Shown here piece after piece: positions 8,278-17,272 of a stretch of DNA of 50,424 nucleotides. How positions within the stretch are numbered: the first letter of the stretch is position 1; each line of letters starts with the position of its first letter. The notes beneath the pieces were generated by a model. The model ran no database searches. It was given only the letters and a program-made list of their open reading frames with translations, and was not told the DNA's origin. The stretch is from a virus. Lineage: Duplodnaviria > Caudoviricetes. The position numbers and the translations under genes are program-made. The stretch spans positions 1 through 50,424 of IMG/VR virus record IMGVR_UViG_3300037705_000022; one strand, written 5' to 3'.

Positions 8278-8472
8278 CTAATACCCGCGAGTCTCGCGGC
8301 TGATCTGATTCGCGACGTCGATTGCGTCGCCGGTGCTGTGCTCGTGTTTGGTGATCAGGTGTCTGATGAGGTTGAATCGCGACAGGTATTTTTTGTCGCA
8401 CAGGCAGCACGCGAGCGGCTTCCGCTCAGCGTTTCCGCACCTGGTTTTAAGATCTGTCTTGTTTTTGGTCAT
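8278..8472 (-). CDS. Small classical C2H2 zinc-finger protein (64 aa), first gene of the repeat-array operon
   Basis: CCLC-DKK-Y-LSRFN-L-IR-H-LITK-H fits C-x2-C-x3-[FY]-x5-L-x2-H-x4-H; GAAAGGGA RBS. Confidence 0.8.
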   Translation of the reverse strand: MTKNKTDLKTRCGNAERKPLACCLCDKKYLSRFNLIRHLITKHEHSTGDAIDVANQISRETRGY

Positions 8473-8508
8473 CGTTTCCCTTTCGTGGTTTCGTTCTCGT
8501 CTGTATGA

Positions 8509-8537
8509 ATAATAGACTCTATCGACATTGCTGTCCA
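8509..8537 (-). promoter_or_regulatory. Sigma70-like promoter of the array operon
   Basis: TGGACA (8537-8532), 17 bp, TATTAT (8514-8509). Confidence 0.65.
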
Positions 8538-8595
8538 CCCCTAAACACCGATTCGAGCAAAGATTTTCGGAAGTTTTCTGGTAGCCGAGAATGCC

Positions 8596-8624
8596 TTGAC
8601 CGAAAGCTTTACGGGGTGTACACT
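8596..8624 (+). promoter_or_regulatory. Divergent sigma70-like promoter giving a probably leaderless transcript
   Basis: TTGACC, 17 bp, TACACT, then 6 nt to the ATG at 8631; no RBS. Confidence 0.65.
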
Positions 8625-8630
8625 TACGGC

Positions 8631-8936
8631 ATGGACGAAAACCAAGACAAACCGCGAATCGGCAGACCGCCCGCAGAAAATCCGCTGCGAAAGAGGTTTT
8701 TTCGCTGCACGGATGCGGAGTGGGAATTGATCGAGATGGCTGCGAAAGACTGCAATCGGAGCCGCGCAATCCGAGACGTAATGGTTCGGTGGGCGCGGCG
8801 GCATACACCGGGGCGAAAACGGAAAGCGAGAATAGGAGCTACGGCACCGGCGATTTATCCGGGCATGCCCCGCAGCACTCCACGCCGTCGAGTCGCTTGC
8901 CAATCGTGCATTCGCCGTGGATCGCGCACGCGGTGA
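8631..8936 (+). CDS. Ribbon-helix-helix/CopG-like DNA-binding protein, putative repressor
   Basis: GRPPAENPLRKRFFRCTDAEWELIEMAAKDCNRSRAIRD: GRP motif, beta strand, two helices; the only non-IS plus-strand gene I can support. Confidence 0.65.
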   Translation: MDENQDKPRIGRPPAENPLRKRFFRCTDAEWELIEMAAKDCNRSRAIRDVMVRWARRHTPGRKRKARIGATAPAIYPGMPRSTPRRRVACQSCIRRGSRTR

Positions 8937-9168
8937 CTTTGACTTGCACGCTACCGCTGCATGATTCGCAGCCGGCCCGACGCAATTCGTCGCCGCGATG
9001 AACGCACGCCATGTCTGGCTGTCTGCCTGTGACACTATCACATATCGCCACGCCTTCAACGTGATCCCTGATCGTACATTCTCCATGCACTCGACAGCTA
9101 AATACCTTGATCCAATGCAGTCCACTTTTTACTAGTCCTGCGATTTCGCACCGATGAGGGCATGTCAT
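8839..9168 (-). CDS. Cys-rich protein with a duplicated KV..C..HGECTI motif, last gene of the tail operon
   Basis: KVFSCRVHGECTI and KVTACAIHGECTI. Confidence 0.7.
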   Translation of the reverse strand: MTCPHRCEIAGLVKSGLHWIKVFSCRVHGECTIRDHVEGVAICDSVTGRQPDMACVHRGDELRRAGCESCSGSVQVKVTACAIHGECTIGKRLDGVECCGACPDKSPVP

Positions 9169-10451
9169 GGGTTCGGTCCCGCGCAGTAATATGCACTAAT
9201 GCTCTCTACCCGGTGCTGGGTAGCGTCTGCCCCAGCCGCAGCACGAACACGTTCACCGTTGAACGTGGATGCAATAGTCGCGGATAGATACGGCGGGTCA
9301 GTATGAACGCTCAAGCTCCCGATTACTGCGTAGACTGACGTCCCTCCAACCCATAGAGACATACCACCGGACACCGTACCGAGTCCAGGTCCATTAATAA
9401 GATCGCCGGTGTCTACCAGGGAACCGCCGACGTACAGATCGCCCCGCCACTGAAATAGGGACGGAGAAAATTGAGTTCTCTTGCCGTACCATTTCACTTC
9501 GATATTGTCACCGTCCGCAAACAATGAAGACAGGTGATACCATGTCCCGACATTCATCGCTGCCGCGCCAACAACGTTCGCACCTACCACGTATCCGTAC
9601 GCTCGATTCTCTTCCGTGATGGATATTCCGAGAGGAATGACGTTTGTTCCCTCTGCAGGAGATGCATTTGGGTTACCGGTGTAAGTTGCATCAGAAGTGT
9701 ACTCGTCAACATTCCATCGGGTTAAATCCCACTCGCCGATTTGCGATCCAATTATTCTCGGTATGGCAGGAATGCCTTCATGTGTACGCATTTGGCAATC
9801 CACCTCCAGAACGCACGCAACGGCATCTGTCTCAAGTCGATCGATAACGACCTCTTGAATGCGAACAACATCAGTCAGGGGATCGGCAATTATTGAAAGA
9901 CTATCCGGAGTCCAGTCGATTGCAATTCGCGTTCCAATGCCCCTAAACGCATACGTAGAGTCTGTATTTACTAGCTCGACTTCAACTCGCAAGTAGGTCG
10001 ATGTCCAAATGCAATGTAGAAGTATATTGTGATCCAAATCGTCAGCCGCCACCAAATCGCTGCGTTGCGGAAGCGTAGTGTATTGCTCGACTCCATCGAC
10101 CTTAATGCTGAGTGTGCTGGCGTCATCAACTCCATCTTCTCCGAACGTGATCTTCATTACCGCTGAATGCGAGCCGTTATAAATCTTCAGTGATACCTCT
10201 TGGTCTACAAGTGTTCCGCGTATGCGAAGTGCTGCGTAGCCTTGCGCCGGAATTGGGTCACCATCATAAATCAGCTCGCCAGCCGCTGTGCATGTGATAA
10301 AGGTATTGGACGGTTCAGACGCAGGCTCATCGAGTAACCACGTCCCGCTGTCGACAATCCAATCGTTTAGCTCGTCTGCGACGTCCCACGTATAGACATT
10401 GCAGACTTGCGTACAGCAATTGCAGCCAGGAGAGTGCTTATTGATGCTCAT
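9165..10451 (-). CDS. Putative tail tip / receptor-binding protein
   Basis: Distal position in the tail operon, beta-rich, N-terminal PGCNCC; start MSINKH coupled by ATGA. Confidence 0.55.
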   Translation of the reverse strand: MSINKHSPGCNCCTQVCNVYTWDVADELNDWIVDSGTWLLDEPASEPSNTFITCTAAGELIYDGDPIPAQGYAALRIRGTLVDQEVSLKIYNGSHSAVMKITFGEDGVDDASTLSIKVDGVEQYTTLPQRSDLVAADDLDHNILLHCIWTSTYLRVEVELVNTDSTYAFRGIGTRIAIDWTPDSLSIIADPLTDVVRIQEVVIDRLETDAVACVLEVDCQMRTHEGIPAIPRIIGSQIGEWDLTRWNVDEYTSDATYTGNPNASPAEGTNVIPLGISITEENRAYGYVVGANVVGAAAMNVGTWYHLSSLFADGDNIEVKWYGKRTQFSPSLFQWRGDLYVGGSLVDTGDLINGPGLGTVSGGMSLWVGGTSVYAVIGSLSVHTDPPYLSATIASTFNGERVRAAAGADATQHRVESISAYYCAGPNP

Positions 10452-11200
10452 GCTCCGCAGTCCTCCGCAATCGTCCGCCACTGATTTAGCCGACGATCAA
10501 ACCGCACGACGAGCTTCGTGTTGTCCGCAATTGCATCAGCGGTGCCGAGCCATTTGTGATGCACAGTGACTTGCTGAAGTGGAGATGTGACTGCGCCATT
10601 CCACCACACGTCAGCCAGTCCGGTTCCGCTGCCGCCGCTCGCGATTAACGCCGCGGTTTCGACTTCCAGCAGTTCTGACATAAATTGCCCTAACATGACA
10701 GCCGCCCAATACTGGCCACTCGACGCAGGCCATTCTTTCCGGCAGAGGATGCGGGCGTGACCGTACCAAGTCGTTGACAAGTGATCTTCGCCGGCAACCG
10801 GGTGTGCGTAGGGATGGTCCGCGTAGTCGTTGTCGATTTTAGCAAAGCAGCATGGTCCAGGCATTTGGACGCGTCCGATTTCGCCGTCAGGAATCGGGTC
10901 TAGCAATATCCCGCAAGGCTTATTGGCGGTCGTCGCTTGCTCGCCCGTGAACCATAGATATTCCGGGTCAATGTCTGTCAGCAGGAAATCGGCAATGCAG
11001 ATCGAATCTCCCCGAGCGAGGTTGCTGCCGGTGTCGTTTCGCACCTGGACAATATCGGTGGGAGTCGGCAAGAACACTCGTTGACCTGGCTGATGAAGCT
11101 TGCCGGATGCATGTTCCGCGCCTGCCTCGATCGCGTTGTTCCAATCGTCCGCCGGCGGAACTTTCCAGATATCGCCGCGTGAGATTTTGCCATTTGCCAT
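10448..11200 (-). CDS. Minor tail protein
   Basis: Position downstream of the tape measure gene; start MANGKI. Confidence 0.6.
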   Translation of the reverse strand: MANGKISRGDIWKVPPADDWNNAIEAGAEHASGKLHQPGQRVFLPTPTDIVQVRNDTGSNLARGDSICIADFLLTDIDPEYLWFTGEQATTANKPCGILLDPIPDGEIGRVQMPGPCCFAKIDNDYADHPYAHPVAGEDHLSTTWYGHARILCRKEWPASSGQYWAAVMLGQFMSELLEVETAALIASGGSGTGLADVWWNGAVTSPLQQVTVHHKWLGTADAIADNTKLVVRFDRRLNQWRTIAEDCGA

Positions 11201-11201
11201 G

Positions 11202-12008
11202 TCACGAAATTCCAAACGCGGTGGCGAAGTCGATCTCTTCGGAAACTCGCTCGACGTACACGAACTGCGGGATCTTCGCGGGGTAGGTGTCGCCACCCGC
11301 GGTCACAGTAGCGAGCTTGGATTTCGTCCAGGAGTAGTGCCAGCCTTTTTTCGTGATGCCTGTCACAGTGCCGACCGCAAACCCGGCTCGATTGCGTTCG
11401 ATCTCAAATTGGTAGGTGGCCTCGCTCTTGGCTTGACTGCCATCAGACGCGCGAGGCCCGAGGAAGCGGACTTCGCCGGCTGCCCACACGAGCCACGGAT
11501 TGGAGTTCACGTAGCCGGCCAAGAGGCTCAGATAATTGGCGTACGCGATCGTCATAAATCCCGACGGGTGGACGAAACGAATCGTCAGTTTCGCCGACGG
11601 CTTGATGACGTCCGCGCCGTGAATTTCTTCTTTGTCGAATCCGATCGCCTGTTGATAATCAGGTGCCGTTGCGGTCGGATACTTCGCGATCGTTTCGAGG
11701 CTGTGCGTGATGTGCTCGGTGCGACCGGTGCCGTCCATTTCCCAGGACCATTCGCCCGCATCCGACGGCCGGCGAGTGTAGGTCACGTCGACGTCGAATT
11801 GGTTGTAGGCCGTCGATGTCACCGCGACGTCGCTGCGAAACAGAACGCCTTGCGGGTGGACGATTGTTGGGCCGAGATACGTGCTCCCCAGAGAATGAGC
11901 GACGGATGCGAGTTGCGTTTCGCCGACGCCGAAATGATAGACTCGACGGAACTCGTTTCCGTTTTCGGTGTCGTCGACGAAGCGGGGTTTTTCGTAGATG
12001 TAGGCCAT
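11202..12008 (-). CDS. Minor (distal-tail-like) tail protein
   Basis: Immediately follows the tape measure gene. Confidence 0.6.
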   Translation of the reverse strand: MAYIYEKPRFVDDTENGNEFRRVYHFGVGETQLASVAHSLGSTYLGPTIVHPQGVLFRSDVAVTSTAYNQFDVDVTYTRRPSDAGEWSWEMDGTGRTEHITHSLETIAKYPTATAPDYQQAIGFDKEEIHGADVIKPSAKLTIRFVHPSGFMTIAYANYLSLLAGYVNSNPWLVWAAGEVRFLGPRASDGSQAKSEATYQFEIERNRAGFAVGTVTGITKKGWHYSWTKSKLATVTAGGDTYPAKIPQFVYVERVSEEIDFATAFGIS

Positions 12009-15000
12009 CAGACAGATCGCATCCCTTCCGCGAGTTTCGAGAATGCTTTGCGCAATTCTTTAAGCTCTGCTAACTGTTCTGCCGTGAGCTTTCCTTGCTC
12101 CTTGGACAGCTCGTGCATTCGCTCTGTGATGCCGTTTGCGCCGGTCCCGCGTCCCGAGTCGATCAATGCCGAAGCGGAGAAGCTGCCGAACGTGGTTGGC
12201 TTGGTCGATGCGGCCGTGGCACCGTCGCGAGTTTCGGCAATTTGCTTTTGCTTTCTCGCATGCGTGTCTTTGTCGATCAGCCCCGCCCCCTTAAGCTTGT
12301 CTAGTTCCGCCATGTCGGCTTTGTACTTTTCCATCGGCGTTCGCGTCTCGTCGATGATCTGCTTGACTCGCGATGGAAGGGCATCCATCGCAGCCGTTTT
12401 GAATTGGTCCTTGGTGATGAGCCCTTTGTCGAGTGCGGCGCGCAGTTCGGACAGCTTCTTCTTAAATTGGTCGATGGGATCGGTGTCGATGCCGAGGAAA
12501 TTCTGTTGCGAAGTTTTGAACGCATTGTCGAATTCGTCCTTTGTGATCGCGCCGGCTTTGAGTTGCTCTTGCAGCTCCTTGATTCTCTCTCCGAATTGGT
12601 CTAGCTGGCTTGTCTCAATTCCGAGGATCTCACGCTTCGCGTCCGCGAGCTGCTTGCCGTACTCTTGAGCACTGATCGCGCCGGATTGAAACGCCTGCTG
12701 TAGAGTCACGACTCGAGCTCTGAAGTCGTCCAGGGGTGAGCTTGCCAAGCTGAAAATCTCGTCGCGGGCATCGGCTACGGCCGACTTCCATTCGCGTTGC
12801 GTGATCGTGCCGTCGGCGAGGGCCTGGTTGAGCATTTCGAGACGCGAGTCGTATTGCTCAAGCGGCGTCGCATCGATTTTCAACGCGTCAGCTTTCAGGG
12901 CCGACAATCCGGTTGCAAATTCTTCGGCTGTGATCGTGGACGCGGCGAATGCGGCCGACAGTTCCGCGAGCCGCTCTTTGTATTGGGCGATTTCCGTCTT
13001 CGGGATCTCGGGATTGACGGGATCTGACGGCGACACAGCCTCTTCGCCTGGATTCGCGACTGTAGATGGGAGAGCACTGGCGGGGCCAGTGGCGCCCGGA
13101 GCGGCAGTATCTATGGATCCCGTCGCCTTTTCTGCGACCTTGGCGGATTCCGCCATCTTTTCGTAAGCCGCAATCGTCTCAGGACTCATCTTAAATTCTG
13201 GCATCTCACCGCCAAACAACCCGGCTGCCATGCCGCTGGCTGCGAGGGCTTGCGTCCGCAGGGCCTTTTGCACCGCGGGGCCGATTGCATTCAGCGCGCC
13301 GGCAATGTCGCCGGTGAGCATCGCACGAATGAGGCCCGGGCCCATGTTTGCAAATGACGAGAACAGCGTGTCGACGAAGCCGAGAAAAACTTGCCCCATC
13401 CAGTCTTGCAATTTCATCACAGCGAGAGCCACTTGCCGAATTGCGAGCCCGAACGCGAAGCCGATGATTTGCGGAGCCTGCGAAAATACATCATTCGCGA
13501 ACAGAGCCAGCGCACCGAGGGCCACCTTGCCGGCCTCCCAGACCTCGCCGAAGATCCGCTTCGCGGCCGTGCTGATCGTGGACAAGCCGCCGACGATTCC
13601 GCCGCTCGTTCCGGTCACGAGTCCAATCAGATTCGTGAGTGTGTTTTTCCATAGGTCGATCACGCCGCGGGCTGCCGCGAGCATGATCGTGCGAATGCTC
13701 GACGCCATGATCTCGAAAGCACCGGCGAAGTCGCGATTGATTAATGCTCCGGCGATGCCCTTGAATGCGGCCATCACAGCGGACGCGAGCGGCATCAGGG
13801 CCGTGAGCGGGTCGGCTAGTTTCCAGAATGCGAACACCAGACCGCCGACAACCAAAGCCACGCCCGCAACCGCAAGTCCGATCGGACTGAATAGCGATGC
13901 GACGATCGACGCGATGTCGCCGAACAAAGTGGCGAAGAACGCGTGAGCGCTGGCCATCACTCCGAGTTGCAGGGTAAATGTTCCGACCGCCATTTTAATC
14001 GCATTGGAAACCACTCCGGACATCAGGACGGCCGTTGCCCCGAACGCACGCATTGCGGTCATGCCGATACCGACGACGCCACTCATTAGACTCATAGCCG
14101 CTGTGATTCCTCCAATCGCGGTTGAGGCTGCGATCGACGACGCTCCGACAATGACCAGAGTCGCGCCGAATGCAGTTACTCCAGCCGCGACTTTCACGAG
14201 CGTGACAATCAGATCGCGATTCTTCTGGATGAAATCTCGAATGCTGCCGGCGACGTTCGTCAAATAGCTGGCGAGTGCCTGGATCTCGCCGTTCAGCGAT
14301 TCGCCAATCGAGATGGCAACGCCTTCGGCCGCCGACATCAAGATTCGGAAGCTGCCGCCGATCCCCGCATCCATCGCCGCCGCCGCTTTTGCTGCCGATC
14401 CTGATTCTTCCTTGATCGTTTTCGCGAGTCCTTTGATGTCGCCTGCGGCGCTGCCGATCGCGGAAGCGGCCGTGATTCCCAGTAAGCCGAATGCCTCGTT
14501 GAATTTCGCCGCGCGAACGCCGGTGCCAAGATCCTTTGTCGCCTCGTTGACCTCGCCGAGGACATCGACCAGGGGGCGGGCGTTCCCGGTCGCGTCGACA
14601 AACGAAACGCCGAAGATGCCTTGCAGTTTTTGGGCTTCCGCCCCGGTTAGTGTGAGAAGCCGCCTCATGGCTGTGCCTGCGTTGCTACCCTGGATGCCGA
14701 CGTTTCCGAGCCCGCCGAGAATCGCGAGCGTGTCTTGCACCGATAGGCCGAAGTCGCTCGCCACCTTGCCGGCGTAGCTCATCGCCTCCCCGAGCATTTC
14801 TACCGTGTTGAAGGTGCCGTTGGCCGTCGTCGTGAACGCATCGGCCACCATCGTTGCATCTTCGGCGCCGAGCCCGAATTGACGAATCGCGGAAGCCATG
14901 ATTCCGGCTGACATTGCCGCTTCTGTCTTTGTCGCTCTCGACAAGTTCAACACGGCGTCAGTCATCGCGTTAACTTGATCCGGCTTGAATCCGGCTCGAC

Positions 15001-15346
15001 CAAGTTCCGCCATCAAGGCGCCGACTTGCAACGCGGTGAAGCTCGTCGTTGCCCCGAGGTTTTTCGCCGTCTCGGTTAGGGTCGCAAAGTCGGCGTCTGT
15101 CGCCTTGGTGACGGCCTTCACCTCGCGCATCACGTCGTCGAAGTCGGCAAACCGCTTGACGGCGAGCCCAACCGGAAGCAAAGCAGTCGTGCCCATGCCT
15201 AAAAACATCTGACCGACGGCTTGAATCGACTGGCCGAAGTTGCGCAGCCGTTGCTGTGCTCGCATCAACCCGCGCACGAGGGCGGAGTCGTTGACGAAAA
15301 GCGTAACCATCGCACGTCCCGCTTGGATGTCACCGCGTACTGCCAT
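12008..15346 (-). CDS. Tail tape measure protein (TP901-type core)
   Basis: ~1110 aa Ala-rich; LGATTSFTA, GIQGSNAGTAMR motifs; hydrophobic segments; C-terminal repeats. Confidence 0.95.
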   Translation of the reverse strand: MAVRGDIQAGRAMVTLFVNDSALVRGLMRAQQRLRNFGQSIQAVGQMFLGMGTTALLPVGLAVKRFADFDDVMREVKAVTKATDADFATLTETAKNLGATTSFTALQVGALMAELGRAGFKPDQVNAMTDAVLNLSRATKTEAAMSAGIMASAIRQFGLGAEDATMVADAFTTTANGTFNTVEMLGEAMSYAGKVASDFGLSVQDTLAILGGLGNVGIQGSNAGTAMRRLLTLTGAEAQKLQGIFGVSFVDATGNARPLVDVLGEVNEATKDLGTGVRAAKFNEAFGLLGITAASAIGSAAGDIKGLAKTIKEESGSAAKAAAAMDAGIGGSFRILMSAAEGVAISIGESLNGEIQALASYLTNVAGSIRDFIQKNRDLIVTLVKVAAGVTAFGATLVIVGASSIAASTAIGGITAAMSLMSGVVGIGMTAMRAFGATAVLMSGVVSNAIKMAVGTFTLQLGVMASAHAFFATLFGDIASIVASLFSPIGLAVAGVALVVGGLVFAFWKLADPLTALMPLASAVMAAFKGIAGALINRDFAGAFEIMASSIRTIMLAAARGVIDLWKNTLTNLIGLVTGTSGGIVGGLSTISTAAKRIFGEVWEAGKVALGALALFANDVFSQAPQIIGFAFGLAIRQVALAVMKLQDWMGQVFLGFVDTLFSSFANMGPGLIRAMLTGDIAGALNAIGPAVQKALRTQALAASGMAAGLFGGEMPEFKMSPETIAAYEKMAESAKVAEKATGSIDTAAPGATGPASALPSTVANPGEEAVSPSDPVNPEIPKTEIAQYKERLAELSAAFAASTITAEEFATGLSALKADALKIDATPLEQYDSRLEMLNQALADGTITQREWKSAVADARDEIFSLASSPLDDFRARVVTLQQAFQSGAISAQEYGKQLADAKREILGIETSQLDQFGERIKELQEQLKAGAITKDEFDNAFKTSQQNFLGIDTDPIDQFKKKLSELRAALDKGLITKDQFKTAAMDALPSRVKQIIDETRTPMEKYKADMAELDKLKGAGLIDKDTHARKQKQIAETRDGATAASTKPTTFGSFSASALIDSGRGTGANGITERMHELSKEQGKLTAEQLAELKELRKAFSKLAEGMRSV

Positions 15347-15347
15347 G

Positions 15348-15785
15348 TTAGCCACTCACCTTTCCGCTTCCGTTGCATGCCCGACACGCGAGACGACTAC
15401 GCCCGCGTAGGATTATTTTTGCGCCGCCACACTGCGGACATGTGCGACGCTCTCCAGCCGTCACGCCGCTTGCGACTTGCGCGGCCGCAACGTGCCTTGC
15501 TTCCGCAGCACGCTTGGCTTCGATCATCTTGGCGGATTCCTCGTCTACCTTCCGTTTCAATTCGGGGTCGGTAATCAACGGCCCTCTGTCGACCGATGAC
15601 GTTGACCCGCAGCGCAAAAAGTCGCGGACGTCGATCTTGTCGTTGAATAAAACAATCGACTGCCACACGACGTGCTGGCGAATTTCCTTCTGACGACCGA
15701 CGTATAGCAACCACAGATCACGTAAGGTAAATCGCGTCGGATCATGCGGGCCAGCGAAGTGATAACATGCGGTCACAGCGTCCAT
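15348..15785 (-). CDS. Tail assembly chaperone, gpT-like part
   Basis: Between the chaperone and TMP genes; DPTRFTLRDLW motif. Confidence 0.6.
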   Translation of the reverse strand: MDAVTACYHFAGPHDPTRFTLRDLWLLYVGRQKEIRQHVVWQSIVLFNDKIDVRDFLRCGSTSSVDRGPLITDPELKRKVDEESAKMIEAKRAAEARHVAAAQVASGVTAGERRTCPQCGGAKIILRGRSRLACRACNGSGKVSG

Positions 15786-15793
15786 CCCGTCGA

Positions 15794-16306
15794 TTACGTA
15801 GCAGACGTCGACGCCGCCGAATCGACAGAATCGAAACTGGCCAGGAGCTTCGTCAGTTCCCTCTGCATCCTCTTCTCCATCGCCGTCTCGATCGCTTCCT
15901 GGTTCGTCGCCAATGTCTCCATCGCCTTCGTCGTCGCGTTCTTCGTCAGCGTCTCGTTTTGCGAACGGATGGAGAGAATTAACGACCTCTTCGATGCGGG
16001 GAAAAAATTTGTAACAGCCGCCTCCAGGGCTGTCACGGCATCGTCAATGTGCGGCGCGAGTCGCGTGTAGAATTCCTCTGCGGAGACGTTGGATTCACTC
16101 GCTTGCGTCTCGCAAAGAATCCAAATCACGTCCGCCAGCGTCAGCGGGTCCATCGCCAACCGATCGAACGGGTCCGATTTCAGATCCGTCAGATTGATCG
16201 ACGTCGCCTGCTGGATGCTCCTCACCAACGGTGCCGTCAGTTGCAAGGACCAGGTCTTTTTTGTCGAGTCGGTAAACGTCGGGCTCAATAGAATCTCGTC
16301 GCTCAT
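15794..16306 (-). CDS. Tail assembly chaperone, gpG-like
   Basis: Position upstream of TMP; NFFP slippery-type sequence. Confidence 0.7.
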   Translation of the reverse strand: MSDEILLSPTFTDSTKKTWSLQLTAPLVRSIQQATSINLTDLKSDPFDRLAMDPLTLADVIWILCETQASESNVSAEEFYTRLAPHIDDAVTALEAAVTNFFPASKRSLILSIRSQNETLTKNATTKAMETLATNQEAIETAMEKRMQRELTKLLASFDSVDSAASTSAT

Positions 16307-16559
16307 CTTCGTGCCTTTCGTGCGTTGGTTTCACGATCGGCTCGGCCACGCTCTGCTGCACTGGCTGATCCGTCGCGGTAATGGAATTGCGTTCGGCTAC
16401 GCGATTGCCTGCTGCCGTCAATTCGCCATCACGCAGCAACCCCATTCGCTCGAGGTTGCGCGTAATAGAGAGCCGCCTGTCGACAGCAATGGAACTGGGA
16501 CAGGCGACTCCGGCACGAAAGGCGTGCAGCAGAACGCGTTCGTCATCTTTTAATCGCAT
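16095..16559 (-). CDS. Hypothetical protein (3' part overlaps the chaperone gene)
   Basis: Its N-terminal half fills an otherwise empty 250-bp gap. Confidence 0.4.
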   Translation of the reverse strand: MRLKDDERVLLHAFRAGVACPSSIAVDRRLSITRNLERMGLLRDGELTAAGNRVAERNSITATDQPVQQSVAEPIVKPTHERHEDERRDSIEPDVYRLDKKDLVLATDGTVGEEHPAGDVDQSDGSEIGPVRSVGDGPADAGGRDLDSLRDASE

Positions 16560-16563
16560 GGCG

Positions 16564-17211
16564 TTACTCGATCAGGTTGATACCAACGGTCAGATAAAGC
16601 GTCGCCTCGGCCGTGGAGCTGCCGTTACTTGCGAGCCCCTGGGTAATCGGATTGCCAGTCAGCGGATTTGCGTCGCCGCCCGTGATGTCATAGGCGTTTG
16701 CGAGTCCAAGGGCATCACTGACCTCGAGCAAATCGAACTCAGCAATCTCCGCATCTCCGGTGTCCTGCAATTGCAGATGGCCGACCGCCGCAGTGTCTCC
16801 GGGGCAACTCAGGATTGCGCCGAAAATTTCCACCGCGTCGCCATCGACCGGGCATTGAAACGTGACTTGCACGGTTGCAACGATGGCCGTTTCGTCGGCT
16901 GGCAGGTTGTCGCCAGATCCCAAACTGAATGGCACCGCCGTTCCGCTAACGGTCCCAACAGTCACGCCGTACCGAACGCCGCCCGACCAGTAGATGTCGA
17001 TTATTGCTCCGGTTGTGATTCCGTGGCTCGCGCTGTCCATCGTCAGCTCTCCGACCGTGTCGGAAGTCCGTGTCGTTAGATCGCCATCCTTCCCCGCTGG
17101 CAGCGGAATGACGAAGTCGAGAATCGAATCGAACTCTCGCAGGATATTGGCTTGATTGCTCCACGCTCGACCGCCGAGCATGAGAGTCTTCAGAAATGAT
17201 CCTTGCGGCAT
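16564..17211 (-). CDS. Probable virion structural protein
   Basis: Beta-rich, acidic, directly after the major tail gene; GAGG RBS. Confidence 0.6.
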   Translation of the reverse strand: MPQGSFLKTLMLGGRAWSNQANILREFDSILDFVIPLPAGKDGDLTTRTSDTVGELTMDSASHGITTGAIIDIYWSGGVRYGVTVGTVSGTAVPFSLGSGDNLPADETAIVATVQVTFQCPVDGDAVEIFGAILSCPGDTAAVGHLQLQDTGDAEIAEFDLLEVSDALGLANAYDITGGDANPLTGNPITQGLASNGSSTAEATLYLTVGINLIE

Positions 17212-17272
17212 GTTTCACCTCGCGTGCTTGAGTGTTTGGTTGTTGGCTGAGTCTCGCCCTATAAGTCAGAAA

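Noticed and set aside
11100-12668. 522-aa plus-strand ORF and similar plus-strand ORFs across the structural module
   Set aside because: Antisense to well-supported tail/head genes; expected in GC-rich coding DNA
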